64,000 bases of DNA from Limnochordia bacterium (lineage in GTDB: Bacteria; Bacillota; Limnochordia; Darwinibacteriales; Darwinibacteriaceae). The notes under the pieces were generated by a model, which worked only from the letters and a program-made list of their open reading frames with translations, was not told the origin of the DNA and did not search any database. The stretch lies in contig JBMNKP010000004.1 in the NCBI GenBank assembly GCA_050952265.1, positions 101,885-165,884 on the forward strand, in the 5' to 3' direction. Position 1 is the first letter of the stretch; each line of letters begins with the position of its first letter. Both the position numbers and the translations under genes were made by a program. Of this stretch, positions 9,713 to 18,961 are shown piece after piece.

Positions 9713-9805
9713 ATGGGCAGACCCATCTGCTGCGGGATTGACCCGACCACGGCCATTTTCATCTTGTTCCTGGTTGCCCTGGTCATCATCGCCGCAAACA
9801 TCTAG
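9713..9805 (+). CDS. 30-aa single-TM micro-peptide (MGRPICCGIDPTTAIFILFLVALVIIAANI), reminiscent of YjcZ/SscA-like sporulation peptides
   Basis: RBS AAGGAG 5-6 nt upstream; hydrophobic C-terminal helix; not in the ORF track (below its size cut-off). Confidence 0.6.
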   Translation: MGRPICCGIDPTTAIFILFLVALVIIAANI

Positions 9806-9817
9806 CCAAAAACGGGG

Positions 9818-10090
9818 GTGCAAGCCTTGAAACGGAAGGAAGGCGAGGGAGGTTCCTCCTTCGATGCGCTGCTCAAACTCCTGCCTGCTCTGGCCTTGAG
9901 CTATCCAGCACTCACTTCTTTGGTGAACCAGCTCACAGGCCAGCCGGCAGATAACAAGACTACTGTTCAAGAAGCGGTGCCCAAGATCACCCAGGCCTTG
10001 GCCGCCATGGATGAGAGAAAAAAGGAAGAACTGGTGCGGGAGCTGCTGCGCTTTTTCCCAGAACTGGAGAAGCTGCTCAAGCAGGGATAA
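9818..10090 (+). CDS. Hypothetical helical protein (90 aa), paralog of 11449..11727
   Basis: Shares DAxL..SYP..L..QL, E.xP.x.QAL and PELE.x motifs with the 11449 protein. Confidence 0.65.
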   Translation: MQALKRKEGEGGSSFDALLKLLPALALSYPALTSLVNQLTGQPADNKTTVQEAVPKITQALAAMDERKKEELVRELLRFFPELEKLLKQG

Positions 10091-10105
10091 TGTGCTGACT
10101 GTGCC

Positions 10106-11131
10106 CTAGGAAATGGAACCTGGGGCACTTGTCTTTGCCTGGATAAGGTAGTACTGGTACTCAAGGGGAGTGACATACACCCGTTTCAGCATATCCCCAT
10201 CGCCCAGTCTCCAAAACAACCCCTTGTCGGGCTTGCCGTTTACCTCCAAGACCCAGGGTTTTCCTTCTTTGTCCAGGAGAAAGTCGACACCCAGTTCGCC
10301 CAGGCCGCCCATATTACCATCGAGCGCTTCTGCAGCCTGACGGCCCAAAGCGTGCAGCTCGTCCATTGTCCCGGGTGGTACCACATCGCGAGCCGGGACA
10401 ACCGCATGGTAACCGTTAGTTAGGAGGTTTTCTGCAGCCGTCACCCTGCTCAGCTCACCAGTAACCTCCCATTTCCCCTCCGCGTTTTTCTGAAAGACGA
10501 GGCGCACATCGAATTTGACGCCGCCCCTTTCCAGACTGTCGATGTACTGCTGAACCAGGTACTGGCCGGAAGGAACAGACGCAGCGAGGATCGGAAGGTA
10601 AAGAGCTTCTCCCCAGACAGGAAAGGAAAGGCCATGGGAGGTGATCAGCACCAATTCAGGCCCGAGCAGGGTCAGCTTGAACACCCCTGCCCCACCGTGT
10701 CCTCGGCGGGGTTTGAGGATCAGCGACTTGTGCTCCTGCAGAAGCTGTGACAGATCCTGAGGCTCGAAAAGGTAAGTCTTTGGCAGGCATGCGCCCAGCT
10801 GTGCAGCGCTGAGGATCTCCCATACTTCCCATTTGTCCAGCTGGGTTCGCTGATTAAACACGTTTTCCGGGCCGATGGCCTCGCTGAGCTTGGCTAAGAG
10901 CGCCCTCGGTTCTGGGAAGCAGCGGTTGTAGACGGTCCTTGGAAGGGTGTACTCCCCCATCCGCCACACTCCCTTGCGCAGCCTCAAGCCCGTGACCGTT
11001 CGCCGCTCCCAGTCGATTCCCCTTGGTTCAAAAAAGAGGAGCTCTCCGCGGACGTCTCGCCAGTGATCGCGGTAATACGGCACTTCCTTGAGCGCGGTCA
11101 GCAGCAGCCCCCTGTCTATCCTCGGCGTCAA
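10106..11131 (-). CDS. YheC/YheD-family ATP-grasp protein (endospore coat-associated)
   Basis: LPRTVYNRC, DKW, LPKT, LILKP..G.GG.GV, YLVQQYI, FDVRLVFQK and ELGVDFLLD..G.PWVLEVNGKP; TTG start behind GGGGG. Confidence 0.85.
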   Translation of the reverse strand: MTPRIDRGLLLTALKEVPYYRDHWRDVRGELLFFEPRGIDWERRTVTGLRLRKGVWRMGEYTLPRTVYNRCFPEPRALLAKLSEAIGPENVFNQRTQLDKWEVWEILSAAQLGACLPKTYLFEPQDLSQLLQEHKSLILKPRRGHGGAGVFKLTLLGPELVLITSHGLSFPVWGEALYLPILAASVPSGQYLVQQYIDSLERGGVKFDVRLVFQKNAEGKWEVTGELSRVTAAENLLTNGYHAVVPARDVVPPGTMDELHALGRQAAEALDGNMGGLGELGVDFLLDKEGKPWVLEVNGKPDKGLFWRLGDGDMLKRVYVTPLEYQYYLIQAKTSAPGSIS

Positions 11132-11250
11132 GCAAGACACCCCCCTAGGCTGAAAACGGGAACCAGGCATGATAACCGACCCGCCCCAGCTTCATAACTT
11201 AAGAGCAAGAAGGCTAACTTCTTAATCTGCTCACCGAGGGGGTGCACTGA

Positions 11251-11331
11251 ATGAATGATAATCAGGAGACCTTCATCGTCTTCGTGGCTTTGATCCTCAT
11301 CGTCGTTCTGGCTGTGATCCTCTTGGCCTAG
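11251..11331 (+). CDS. 26-aa single-TM micro-peptide (MNDNQETFIVFVALILIVVLAVILLA)
   Basis: RBS GAGGGGGTG upstream; hydrophobic helix; same position relative to a 90-aa gene as the 9713 peptide. Confidence 0.55.
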   Translation: MNDNQETFIVFVALILIVVLAVILLA

Positions 11332-11448
11332 CCGCTACCGAGGATGGGGCGCGCCCCCATCCTCATCTTCTTGCTTTATTTATATACCCACAGCCGTCAA
11401 ACGGTGACTGAGATTCCTTATCTCGTGAAAAGGAGGCTGCGCCTGGAA

Positions 11449-11727
11449 ATGAGCAGTGAACAGCGGGCAGAAACTCCCAGCGTCGTAGATGCGATCCTGC
11501 AGATCTGCGTCTTTGCCCTCACCAGTTACCCGGTCATCTCGCCTCTCCTCAGCCAGCTGAGGCAGGAGCTGCGGGAGACCTTTGAGCGGGTCATAGAAGT
11601 GCTGCCGCGCCTGAGCCAAGCCTTGGGCGAAGTCCAAGTGGACAGCCGGCTGACCGAGCAGTTTACCAACCAGCTGCTGGAGAACGTTCCCGAACTGGAA
11701 CGCTTCTTTCGGAGACTGCGGGATTGA
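11449..11727 (+). CDS. Hypothetical helical protein (92 aa), paralog of 9818..10090
   Basis: AAAGGAGG upstream of ATG 11449; motif similarity to the 9818 protein. Confidence 0.65.
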   Translation: MSSEQRAETPSVVDAILQICVFALTSYPVISPLLSQLRQELRETFERVIEVLPRLSQALGEVQVDSRLTEQFTNQLLENVPELERFFRRLRD

Positions 11728-11740
11728 GCGAGGAGATCCG

Positions 11741-11777
11741 AAAAAGCTGGGAGGCGGAATGACCTACCCAGCTTTTT
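11741..11777. terminator. Bidirectional terminator
   Basis: aaaaagctggg...cccagcttttt between convergent genes. Confidence 0.75.
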
Positions 11778-12220
11778 TATGCCTCTGCCTCAGTATCCAA
11801 CCTGCGAAGGAGGAGCGCCAGTACTGCTCCCCACATGACAGCACCCACAAGCGTCGAGATCAGGGTGCCGGTGGTTGTCCTGACCAAGTTGGGGACCTTG
11901 AACAGGACAACGATAGACTCCTCAAGGAAGCTCACGATCACACTGAAGATGACCGCCTTGCCGATCAGTCCTTGACTGCCGATACTCCGCAGCAGATAGA
12001 CAAAGAAGATGCCGCGCAGGCCTGACCATACGAGCTGCATAAACAGGGCCAGCACAACCTGGACCGCTGTCCGCGGCAAGACTCCGAAGACCATCATCCC
12101 CGCCCAATCCAAGAGCCTCCGCTGGGTCAGACCCAGGATATGGTAGGAAAAGAGACTCCAGGCATTGAGGGGAACAGCCGCGACCATCCCCGCCACGAAT
12201 CCCCGGTAAAACCGATCCAC
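11777..12220 (-). CDS. Hypothetical integral membrane protein (about 4 TM)
   Basis: Hydrophobic segments; GTG start behind GGGGA. Confidence 0.7.
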   Translation of the reverse strand: MDRFYRGFVAGMVAAVPLNAWSLFSYHILGLTQRRLLDWAGMMVFGVLPRTAVQVVLALFMQLVWSGLRGIFFVYLLRSIGSQGLIGKAVIFSVIVSFLEESIVVLFKVPNLVRTTTGTLISTLVGAVMWGAVLALLLRRLDTEAEA

Positions 12221-12291
12221 ATCGTCCCCCGCCTTTCCAGGCATAGGGTGTCCAAGAGGAGCAAAAGCATGCCCCCTCTGCCGCAGCGCGG

Positions 12292-13848
12292 CTAGAAGAC
12301 CAAAGGCGTTGAGGCTTGTGCTCCTGGAATAAAGAGGAGATACTGGAAGTAGTCAGTGGTCACGCCACTGGCAGGACTGACCTCGGTCAGTTTCCAGATC
12401 AGCTCCTCGGTGAAGGGTGAACCAGCACTGTCCAGTTTTGCGAGAAGCGGCTGACCACCAGCCAGCTCAGGCAAGACCTGGGTACTGCCTGCGTAGGTAG
12501 ACAGGGGCATGGTCTGCGAACCATCCTGACTGAGCCGCTCGCCGCCAGAATAGACCAGCACCATACTGAAGACGGAGTCTGAAAACCCTTCGGTGCGGGC
12601 GATTTTGGAGGCCAGCCAGTCCACGCCCAGCACCTGCCCCTGAAAGACGTGGTGCAGTCCCCACTGCCCGAAGTACTTCTGCCCGTCATCTGGCGAAACC
12701 TGTCTGACGAAGTTCTCGTACATGGCCTGTTCCCGGCTGCTGTCCCAGGCCAAGCCGCTGAAGGTCTGCAGCTGCAGGCCTGCCAAGAGGCTCGAGAGGA
12801 CAAGCTCAAACTCTCCCGCCAGTTCGCCCAGCTCGGCCCGGACTGCCTTCTGCTGCAGCTCCAAAAGCAGGTCTTGAACGAAGCTGAGGGCTTCGTTGTA
12901 GTCTAGGCTGAGTTCGCCCCGGAGGATCCGGTCGATCTGGCCCAGCTTGGATTGGGACAGGATGCTGCTGTCTATGCGGTCTAGATGACGCTGCAGATAA
13001 CTCAAGGCCAGAAGAGGCTGATGCTCTACGTCCAGACCGATCAAGCGCAGCTCTTTGCCTTCAGGAAGAGACTGGTACAGATCGTGCACCTTCTGCCAGT
13101 GGACGTAGTTCTCCTCGGTGAAAAAGTAGGTGCCTTTCACCAAGGAAAAGACCTGATCCAGAAGGGCCTGATCGCCCGTTTCCAGATACTCCCGCAGAAA
13201 ACCGACGAGGCTCGGCGAGAGTTCGAGCAGCAGATTCTGAACTCCGCCTTGGCGGACCAGGAACTCCAACAGGGCCGACTCCAGCTGCTGGTTGCAGGCC
13301 GCCCCGTGCGTTTCGCCCACCAAGAAGACCCGGTAGTCTGCCAGTTCACCGTCAAGGTACTCCGCGATATCCTCCCAGCGGGCGACGGACCAGCTCCAGG
13401 CTTTCAGGTACTCCCGCAGAACGGCTTGATCCGCGCCAGAAGTTCCTTCCAGGTCAAACCTGAGAGCGGTCTTGGCGAGTTCGGCGAGGGCAGGCTGTTC
13501 AGTCACCAGCTCCAGGACGCGGCGCCCACTTCGCCCCACCATCTCGGGGGGATGAAAACCCAGGAAGAGCTCTTCGAGGGCCTGAGCCTCGGCTTCGGTC
13601 TCGGTGAGCACCAGGTTCACCTGGACACCGCCCGTCGGGGTGCCGAACAGGTAGTTCTTCAAGACAACAACCGTGACGCCAAGCCGTTCAGAGAAAACCT
13701 GAAGATCGCCAGCCCCTGCCGCATATTCACCCAGCAGAATCCAGTCTTCGGGCACAGAAGCCAGATCGAGGCGGGTGCCTTCATCCGCAGCACTCACGGC
13801 GGCAGACAGCAGGCAGATGGTCAGCAAGATGCACATTACTCGCCACAT
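12292..13848 (-). CDS. Secreted protein with a C-terminal erythromycin-esterase-like (EreA/TIKI-type) domain
   Basis: Signal peptide; FLVGETHG, LLLELS, GLDVEH, REQAMYEN and GQWGLHH motifs. Confidence 0.65.
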   Translation of the reverse strand: MWRVMCILLTICLLSAAVSAADEGTRLDLASVPEDWILLGEYAAGAGDLQVFSERLGVTVVVLKNYLFGTPTGGVQVNLVLTETEAEAQALEELFLGFHPPEMVGRSGRRVLELVTEQPALAELAKTALRFDLEGTSGADQAVLREYLKAWSWSVARWEDIAEYLDGELADYRVFLVGETHGAACNQQLESALLEFLVRQGGVQNLLLELSPSLVGFLREYLETGDQALLDQVFSLVKGTYFFTEENYVHWQKVHDLYQSLPEGKELRLIGLDVEHQPLLALSYLQRHLDRIDSSILSQSKLGQIDRILRGELSLDYNEALSFVQDLLLELQQKAVRAELGELAGEFELVLSSLLAGLQLQTFSGLAWDSSREQAMYENFVRQVSPDDGQKYFGQWGLHHVFQGQVLGVDWLASKIARTEGFSDSVFSMVLVYSGGERLSQDGSQTMPLSTYAGSTQVLPELAGGQPLLAKLDSAGSPFTEELIWKLTEVSPASGVTTDYFQYLLFIPGAQASTPLVF

Positions 13849-13879
13849 GGCCATTCTCCTTTGCGAATTTTCTAAATCC

Positions 13880-13908
13880 AGTATAACATCTTCTCGGCCG
13901 CTGCTCAA
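13880..13908 (-). promoter_or_regulatory. Sigma-A promoter for the esterase-like gene
   Basis: Minus strand TTGAGC-N17-TATACT with an extended TG. Confidence 0.55.
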
Positions 13909-13917
13909 GGTTAGCAA

Positions 13918-13946
13918 TTGACTGCAAACGTCCGTTCGTCTATTAT
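13918..13946 (+). promoter_or_regulatory. Sigma-A promoter with a LexA (Cheo/SOS) box between -35 and -10
   Basis: TTGACT-N17-TATTAT. The spacer holds CAAACGTCCGTTCG (13925-13938; reverse complement CGAACGGACGTTTG), one mismatch from GAAC-N4-GTTC. Confidence 0.75.
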
Positions 13947-13962
13947 GGAGGCAGAAGGGTAG

Positions 13963-16278
13963 GTGTGGCCTGTGGGTGTTGAAGAAGCACTCCGCAAACT
14001 AGAGAGTAACCCCCGTTTCATGGCAAATGTCACGTTCCGCCATACCATAGAAGCGCAGGAAGGGGTATATGAGCCCATCCCAGAGTTTGTTCACCCCGAG
14101 GTGCAGGCTCTCCTGCGGCGCCGGGGCATTGAGCAGCTCTACTCGCACCAAGCGGCAGCCCTGCGCGCCGTGCAGGCTGGAGAAAATGTGGTGGTAGTTA
14201 CCCCCACGGCCTCAGGGAAGACGCTCTGCTACAACCTGCCCGTGCTTCAGACCCTTCTGGCCGATGAAGAGGCAAGGGCACTCTACCTCTTCCCCACAAA
14301 GGCCCTGGCCCAGGACCAGGTGGCCGAACTCATGGCCTGGAGCGATGAGCTGGGCGGGAAGATCAAGACCTATACATACGATGGAGATACGCCTGGAGAT
14401 GCCCGTATCGCCATCCGCGCTGCCGGCAGCATCGTGGTGACCAACCCAGACATGCTGCACTCCGGAATACTGCCCCATCATACCAAATGGATGCGCCTGT
14501 TCGAGAATCTTAAGTATGTGGTCATCGACGAACTGCACATCTACCGCGGCGTCTTCGGTTCCCACGTGGCCAATGTGCTCAGAAGGTTGGAGCGCATCTG
14601 CCGTTTTTACGGCGCCAATCCCCTTTTCATATGCACCTCAGCGACCATCGCCAACCCCAAGGAACACGGTGAGACGCTCCTGGGCAGGCCGGTGACCGTC
14701 ATCGACAAGAACGGCGCCCCCCGCGGGCGCAAAGACGTCTTCTTCTACAATCCCCCGGTGGTCAACCAGCCACTCGGTATCAGGCGCAGCTCCCTTCTGG
14801 AGGCTGAAGGCATCGCCCGGGAGCTGATCGCAAACAAGATCCCCACCATCGTCTTCGCCAGGAGCCGGCTGGACACGGAAGTGCTCGTCACCTACCTGCG
14901 CAAGGCCTTCCACAAACTTGGGGAACCGGCCGAGACCATCCGGGCTTACCGCGGCGGTTATCTCCCAAGGCAGCGCCGGCAGATTGAGCGCGATCTGAGA
15001 GACGGCAAGGTGCTGGGTGTGGTCAGCACCAACGCGCTGGAACTGGGGATAGATATCGGTACGCTTCAGGCTGCGGTCCTGACAGGGTTCCCGGGCACAA
15101 TCGCCAGCACCTGGCAGCAGCTGGGCCGCGCCGGGCGCACCCACGAGGCTTCCCTAGCTGTGCTCGTGGGCACGTCAAGCCCCCTCAACCAGTTCATGAT
15201 CCAGAACCCGGCCTATTTCATGGACCGGGGTGTGGAACATGCCCGCATCAACCCCAATAACCTGTTCATCCTGGTTTCTCACCTGAAATGTGCAGCCTTC
15301 GAACTCCCCTTCCAGGAAGGCGAGAAGTTCGGTGCGGTCGATCCCACGGAGATCCTGGACTACCTGACGGAACAGATGATCCTGCGCAAGGTTGAGGGCC
15401 GCTGGTACTGGATGAGTGAGAACTACCCGGCTGCGCATATTTCACTGCGAAGCGCGTCCACTGAGAACTTCGCGATCATCGACACCACCGATGGGAAGAC
15501 AGTCGTGATCGGTGAAGTTGACCGGTTCAGCGCCCCCATGCTCATCCACGAAGATGCCATCTACATCCACGAAAGCAAGACCTACCATATCGACCGCTTG
15601 GATTGGGAAGGTCAGAAGGCCTACGCCCGGGAAGTGGAGACGGACTATTACACAGATGCCAACCTGGACGTGGAACTGAAAGTGCTCGATGTGGTCGCCG
15701 AGGACATTCAGCCCTGTGTCCGGCGCAGCTGGGGCGAAGTGATGGTTACCGCCAAGACGCACATGTACAAAAAGATCAAGTTCTACACCCATGAAAACAT
15801 AGGCTGGGGCTACATCTCCCTGCCAGAGCAGGAGATGCACACCACTGCCTACTGGTTCAGCGTTCCCAAGGACTTCGCGGGAAACCTGGATCAAGGGGCT
15901 CTGCAGAGCGCACTGATCGGTGCCTCCCATCTCCTGGGCAACATTGCCTCCCTGGAGCTGATGTGCGAACCAAGCGATCTGGGGGTAACCGCTCAGATCA
16001 AGTCTCCCTTTACGGGTGAACCGACTGTCTTTATCTATGAGAAATACCCTGGTGGAGTCGGCTTCAGCGAGCAGCTCTTCGAGGCCCACGGCAGACTGCT
16101 CTGGCGAGCCATGTCCATCATCAAAAACTGCCCCTGCGAAGCGGGCTGCCCGTCCTGTGTGGGTCCGGCCCAAGAAGTAGGGACCAACGGCAAAGCACAC
16201 ACTCTCTGGCTCTTGAGGGGGGCGTTGGGACATGGATCTCACCAGCAAGCTTCGCCAGCTGCTGCCCCAGAAAAGTAG
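13963..16278 (+). CDS. mrfA: DEAD/DEAH helicase with C-terminal DUF1998 (MrfA/YprA/Hrq1-like)
   Basis: TPTASGKT, DELH, SAT, QxxGRAGR and C-terminal CPCEAGCPSC. Confidence 0.9.
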   Translation: MWPVGVEEALRKLESNPRFMANVTFRHTIEAQEGVYEPIPEFVHPEVQALLRRRGIEQLYSHQAAALRAVQAGENVVVVTPTASGKTLCYNLPVLQTLLADEEARALYLFPTKALAQDQVAELMAWSDELGGKIKTYTYDGDTPGDARIAIRAAGSIVVTNPDMLHSGILPHHTKWMRLFENLKYVVIDELHIYRGVFGSHVANVLRRLERICRFYGANPLFICTSATIANPKEHGETLLGRPVTVIDKNGAPRGRKDVFFYNPPVVNQPLGIRRSSLLEAEGIARELIANKIPTIVFARSRLDTEVLVTYLRKAFHKLGEPAETIRAYRGGYLPRQRRQIERDLRDGKVLGVVSTNALELGIDIGTLQAAVLTGFPGTIASTWQQLGRAGRTHEASLAVLVGTSSPLNQFMIQNPAYFMDRGVEHARINPNNLFILVSHLKCAAFELPFQEGEKFGAVDPTEILDYLTEQMILRKVEGRWYWMSENYPAAHISLRSASTENFAIIDTTDGKTVVIGEVDRFSAPMLIHEDAIYIHESKTYHIDRLDWEGQKAYAREVETDYYTDANLDVELKVLDVVAEDIQPCVRRSWGEVMVTAKTHMYKKIKFYTHENIGWGYISLPEQEMHTTAYWFSVPKDFAGNLDQGALQSALIGASHLLGNIASLELMCEPSDLGVTAQIKSPFTGEPTVFIYEKYPGGVGFSEQLFEAHGRLLWRAMSIIKNCPCEAGCPSCVGPAQEVGTNGKAHTLWLLRGALGHGSHQQASPAAAPEK

Positions 16279-17443
16279 CCCTGCACCTTCTCGGCGCACC
16301 GCTGATCTAGATCCCTATCTGCACGGCGCCGAAGCGGTTACTCCCCTTGGCCCCTGTTATGTGGTTACCAGAGAGCTTCCTCTCGACCACTACCACGGCC
16401 GCTCGACTCTCGGGGAGGCTTGCCAAGCAGCCTACAGCCAGCTGTCTCGCTTTGGGCCAGAAAACGGCGACCAGCTGCGCCTTGACGAGACCATATTCTT
16501 GGATACGGAAACAACCGGCCTCGCCGGCGGCACGGGAACATACGCTTTCCTAGTCGGCCTGGGATACTTCACTGCCAACGCCTTTGTGGTAAAGCAGATC
16601 CTCATGCGGGACTACAACGAAGAGCTGGCCCTTCTCCACCTGGTGGAAAAAGAACTGCGTCAGAAGAAGACAATCGTCTCCTTCAACGGCAGGGTGTTTG
16701 ACGTGCCTCTCCTCCAGACCAGGTTCGCCCTGGCGCGCTTGGGTTTTTCCGGAGCCACAGGCATGGCCCATTTTGACCTGCTCCCCATCTCCCGCCGCCT
16801 GTGGAGGCAGAAGCTGGAAAGCTGCAGTCTCAACAGTCTTGAGGAGAACATCTTGTGCCTGGAGCGAAGCGGAGACATCCCGGGCTATGAGATCCCCCAG
16901 CGCTATTTCGACTTCCTCCATACGGGACAGGGCTGGCTCCTCGCGGATATTGTTGAGCACAACTTCCTGGACATCGTCTCCATGGCCGCCCTGCTCTACA
17001 GCATCGAGACGATCCTGCAGACGGAGCCGGGCAGGTGCAGCTGCCCCTATGAGGCAGAAGCCTTGGCACGGCTGGCTGCGGACGGGGGTGACCTTCCCCT
17101 GGCCCTTCGCTACCTGGAAAAAGCAGCGGAGCTGGCCCGAGACGACGAACTCTACCTGCGGATCATCAGGCAGATTGCCTTCCTGCTCAAACGCCTTGGG
17201 GAGCACCGCAGGGCGGCCGTACTCTGGCAGGAAATCCTCTCCCTTGCGGCCTCAGATCTCGCGAGTGCTGAAGAACTGGCCAAGTTCTATGAGCACAGAG
17301 CCAAAGACCTCTATGCCGCCAGGCAGGTCACAAGGCGGGCTCTAGCTCTCGCCTGGGCCGAGCGTTCCCCCCTTGTCGGTGCCTTCGAACACCGCCTGCA
17401 AAGGATAGAAAACAAGCTCCGCAGGCAGGCTGCGGAGCTCTAG
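16232..17443 (+). CDS. mrfB: RNase_H_2 (DEDD) exonuclease with TPR-like C-terminus (MrfB/YprB-like)
   Basis: FLDTETTGL, SFNGRVFDVP, HFDLL and HNFLDI; overlaps the end of mrfA. Confidence 0.88.
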   Translation: MDLTSKLRQLLPQKSSPAPSRRTADLDPYLHGAEAVTPLGPCYVVTRELPLDHYHGRSTLGEACQAAYSQLSRFGPENGDQLRLDETIFLDTETTGLAGGTGTYAFLVGLGYFTANAFVVKQILMRDYNEELALLHLVEKELRQKKTIVSFNGRVFDVPLLQTRFALARLGFSGATGMAHFDLLPISRRLWRQKLESCSLNSLEENILCLERSGDIPGYEIPQRYFDFLHTGQGWLLADIVEHNFLDIVSMAALLYSIETILQTEPGRCSCPYEAEALARLAADGGDLPLALRYLEKAAELARDDELYLRIIRQIAFLLKRLGEHRRAAVLWQEILSLAASDLASAEELAKFYEHRAKDLYAARQVTRRALALAWAERSPLVGAFEHRLQRIENKLRRQAAEL

Positions 17444-17499
17444 GAGCCGCAGAAGCCCCGCAGAAGCCGCTGCGGGGCTCAACGCGATCAAGTGTCACT

Positions 17500-18801
17500 T
17501 CATTTGGTGTACTGGGGCTCGTAATCCACCTCGACGCCGCGGGACAGAAGCGTCTGGATGGCCCCCATGGCAGCCGATCCAGGCGTCAGGTCGAGGTAGT
17601 TCTTTTCCAGATGGACCACATCGTCCCGGCCCAAACCGCTGTTGTCGACCAAGGCAGAAATGTCGCTGATCCTGTTCTCGGCCAAGTTCAGCATACGCAG
17701 TTCCGTCAAGCCCTCCAGGTACGAAATATCCTCTATCTGATTGTCCTGGAGGTCCAGATCCCAGAGCTGGCGCATAGCTGCCAGAGGACTGATATCCGAG
17801 ATCTGGTTGCCGCCCAGATAGAGATGGTGCAGGATGGTCATTTCCGGCAAGATAGAAATGTCAGTGATCTGGTTTCCTGACAGATCGAGAATCAGCAGCG
17901 TCTTGAGGTTCAACAAGCCGCCGATGCCTGAGATAAGGTTATCCCCCAGGTTCAGGAAAGCCAGATTCGTCAGGCCGGAGAGAGCACCGATGTCTGCGAT
18001 CTGATTGCCTGCCAAGTTGAGAGCTCCCAGATCCCGAAGGGCAGTGAGCGGAGAGAGATCGTCAATCTGGTTGTTGGCAGCACTCAGCGACGAGAGGTTC
18101 GACAGCTCTTCCAGAGGGCTCAGGTCACTGATCTGGTTGTCGTCCAGTTCCAGATCCCGCAGCCCCTGGAGCAACCCTAACGGTTCGATATCAGTTATCT
18201 TGTTCCCGGAAAGCTTAAGCTGCCAGAGCCTGCTGTTTCGGCCGAAGGGCGTGAGGTCGCTGATCTGGTTGTAGCGCAGGTCGACCATTTCCAGGTTCGG
18301 CAGATGCTCGAGTCCTTCCAGGCTCTCGATACCGCGGCCAGGCGCAGAAAGGTTCTTTACCTCAACAACATCAGTATAGGTGATGTCTCCTTCGGGTTTT
18401 CGCACCAGCTCCCGGATAACCTCTTCCAGATTCTGATCAGCAAAGGTGATGGTCAGACCATTATGAGCTGGCTCCTGCACAAAGACGGCAGTTACCGCCA
18501 TTTCTGTGTCCAGCTCCACCGTTGTGGTCGCTGAATTCTCGTCAGATACATCACCGATCCAGCGGTCAAACCTCCAGTGCTCGGCCGGGACTGCCTGCAG
18601 CTCCACAACCGGCGTGTCGAGTTTCCAATGCGAAAGGACTGTTGTGACTTCGCCTTCACCCTCAGTTGAGATCCTCAGCTTGTGCTGCCAAACCGGCGGC
18701 TTTCCTCCTCCGCCGCCTACACATCCGCTCAGCAAAAGCACAGTGACTAACAGCAAAGCGATCCCGGCCAAAACGCGTCTTCTGCTTCCCATCTTCTGCA
18801 T
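17500..18801 (-). CDS. Lipoprotein with an InlB B-repeat-like domain and internalin-type leucine-rich repeats
   Basis: Lipobox LLLSGC; about 10 copies of 22-aa LxxLxLxxNxIxDIxxL; F.D.NLE..IR LRR cap. Confidence 0.88.
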   Translation of the reverse strand: MQKMGSRRRVLAGIALLLVTVLLLSGCVGGGGGKPPVWQHKLRISTEGEGEVTTVLSHWKLDTPVVELQAVPAEHWRFDRWIGDVSDENSATTTVELDTEMAVTAVFVQEPAHNGLTITFADQNLEEVIRELVRKPEGDITYTDVVEVKNLSAPGRGIESLEGLEHLPNLEMVDLRYNQISDLTPFGRNSRLWQLKLSGNKITDIEPLGLLQGLRDLELDDNQISDLSPLEELSNLSSLSAANNQIDDLSPLTALRDLGALNLAGNQIADIGALSGLTNLAFLNLGDNLISGIGGLLNLKTLLILDLSGNQITDISILPEMTILHHLYLGGNQISDISPLAAMRQLWDLDLQDNQIEDISYLEGLTELRMLNLAENRISDISALVDNSGLGRDDVVHLEKNYLDLTPGSAAMGAIQTLLSRGVEVDYEPQYTK

Positions 18802-18908
18802 CTCCTCGCTGGAAAGATTTCTCTAGCTAGATTACGACCGAAAACGCGGCAATCGTGCTGGTCAGGGCGGGTCGCCAGCGCAAAACTGATCTACCGTACT
18901 CGAGCGAG

Positions 18909-18934
18909 GGGCTTACCGGGTAACCGGTAAGCCC
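18909..18934. terminator. GC-rich hairpin downstream of the GH43 operon
   Basis: Perfect 11-bp stem gggcttaccgg-gtaa-ccggtaagccc; no clear U-tract. Confidence 0.5.
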
Positions 18935-18961
18935 CTATCCATATCACAACATCCCAGTTGA

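Noticed and set aside
12985-13875. 296-aa plus-strand ORF
   Set aside because: Antisense to the esterase-like gene.
17444-17480. Short tandem ccgcagaagcc repeat, possible CRISPR or REP
   Set aside because: Only two copies, forming part of a terminator-like hairpin; no spacers.
17611-18400. Periodic 66-nt DNA similarity
   Set aside because: Explained by leucine-rich repeats in the encoded protein.
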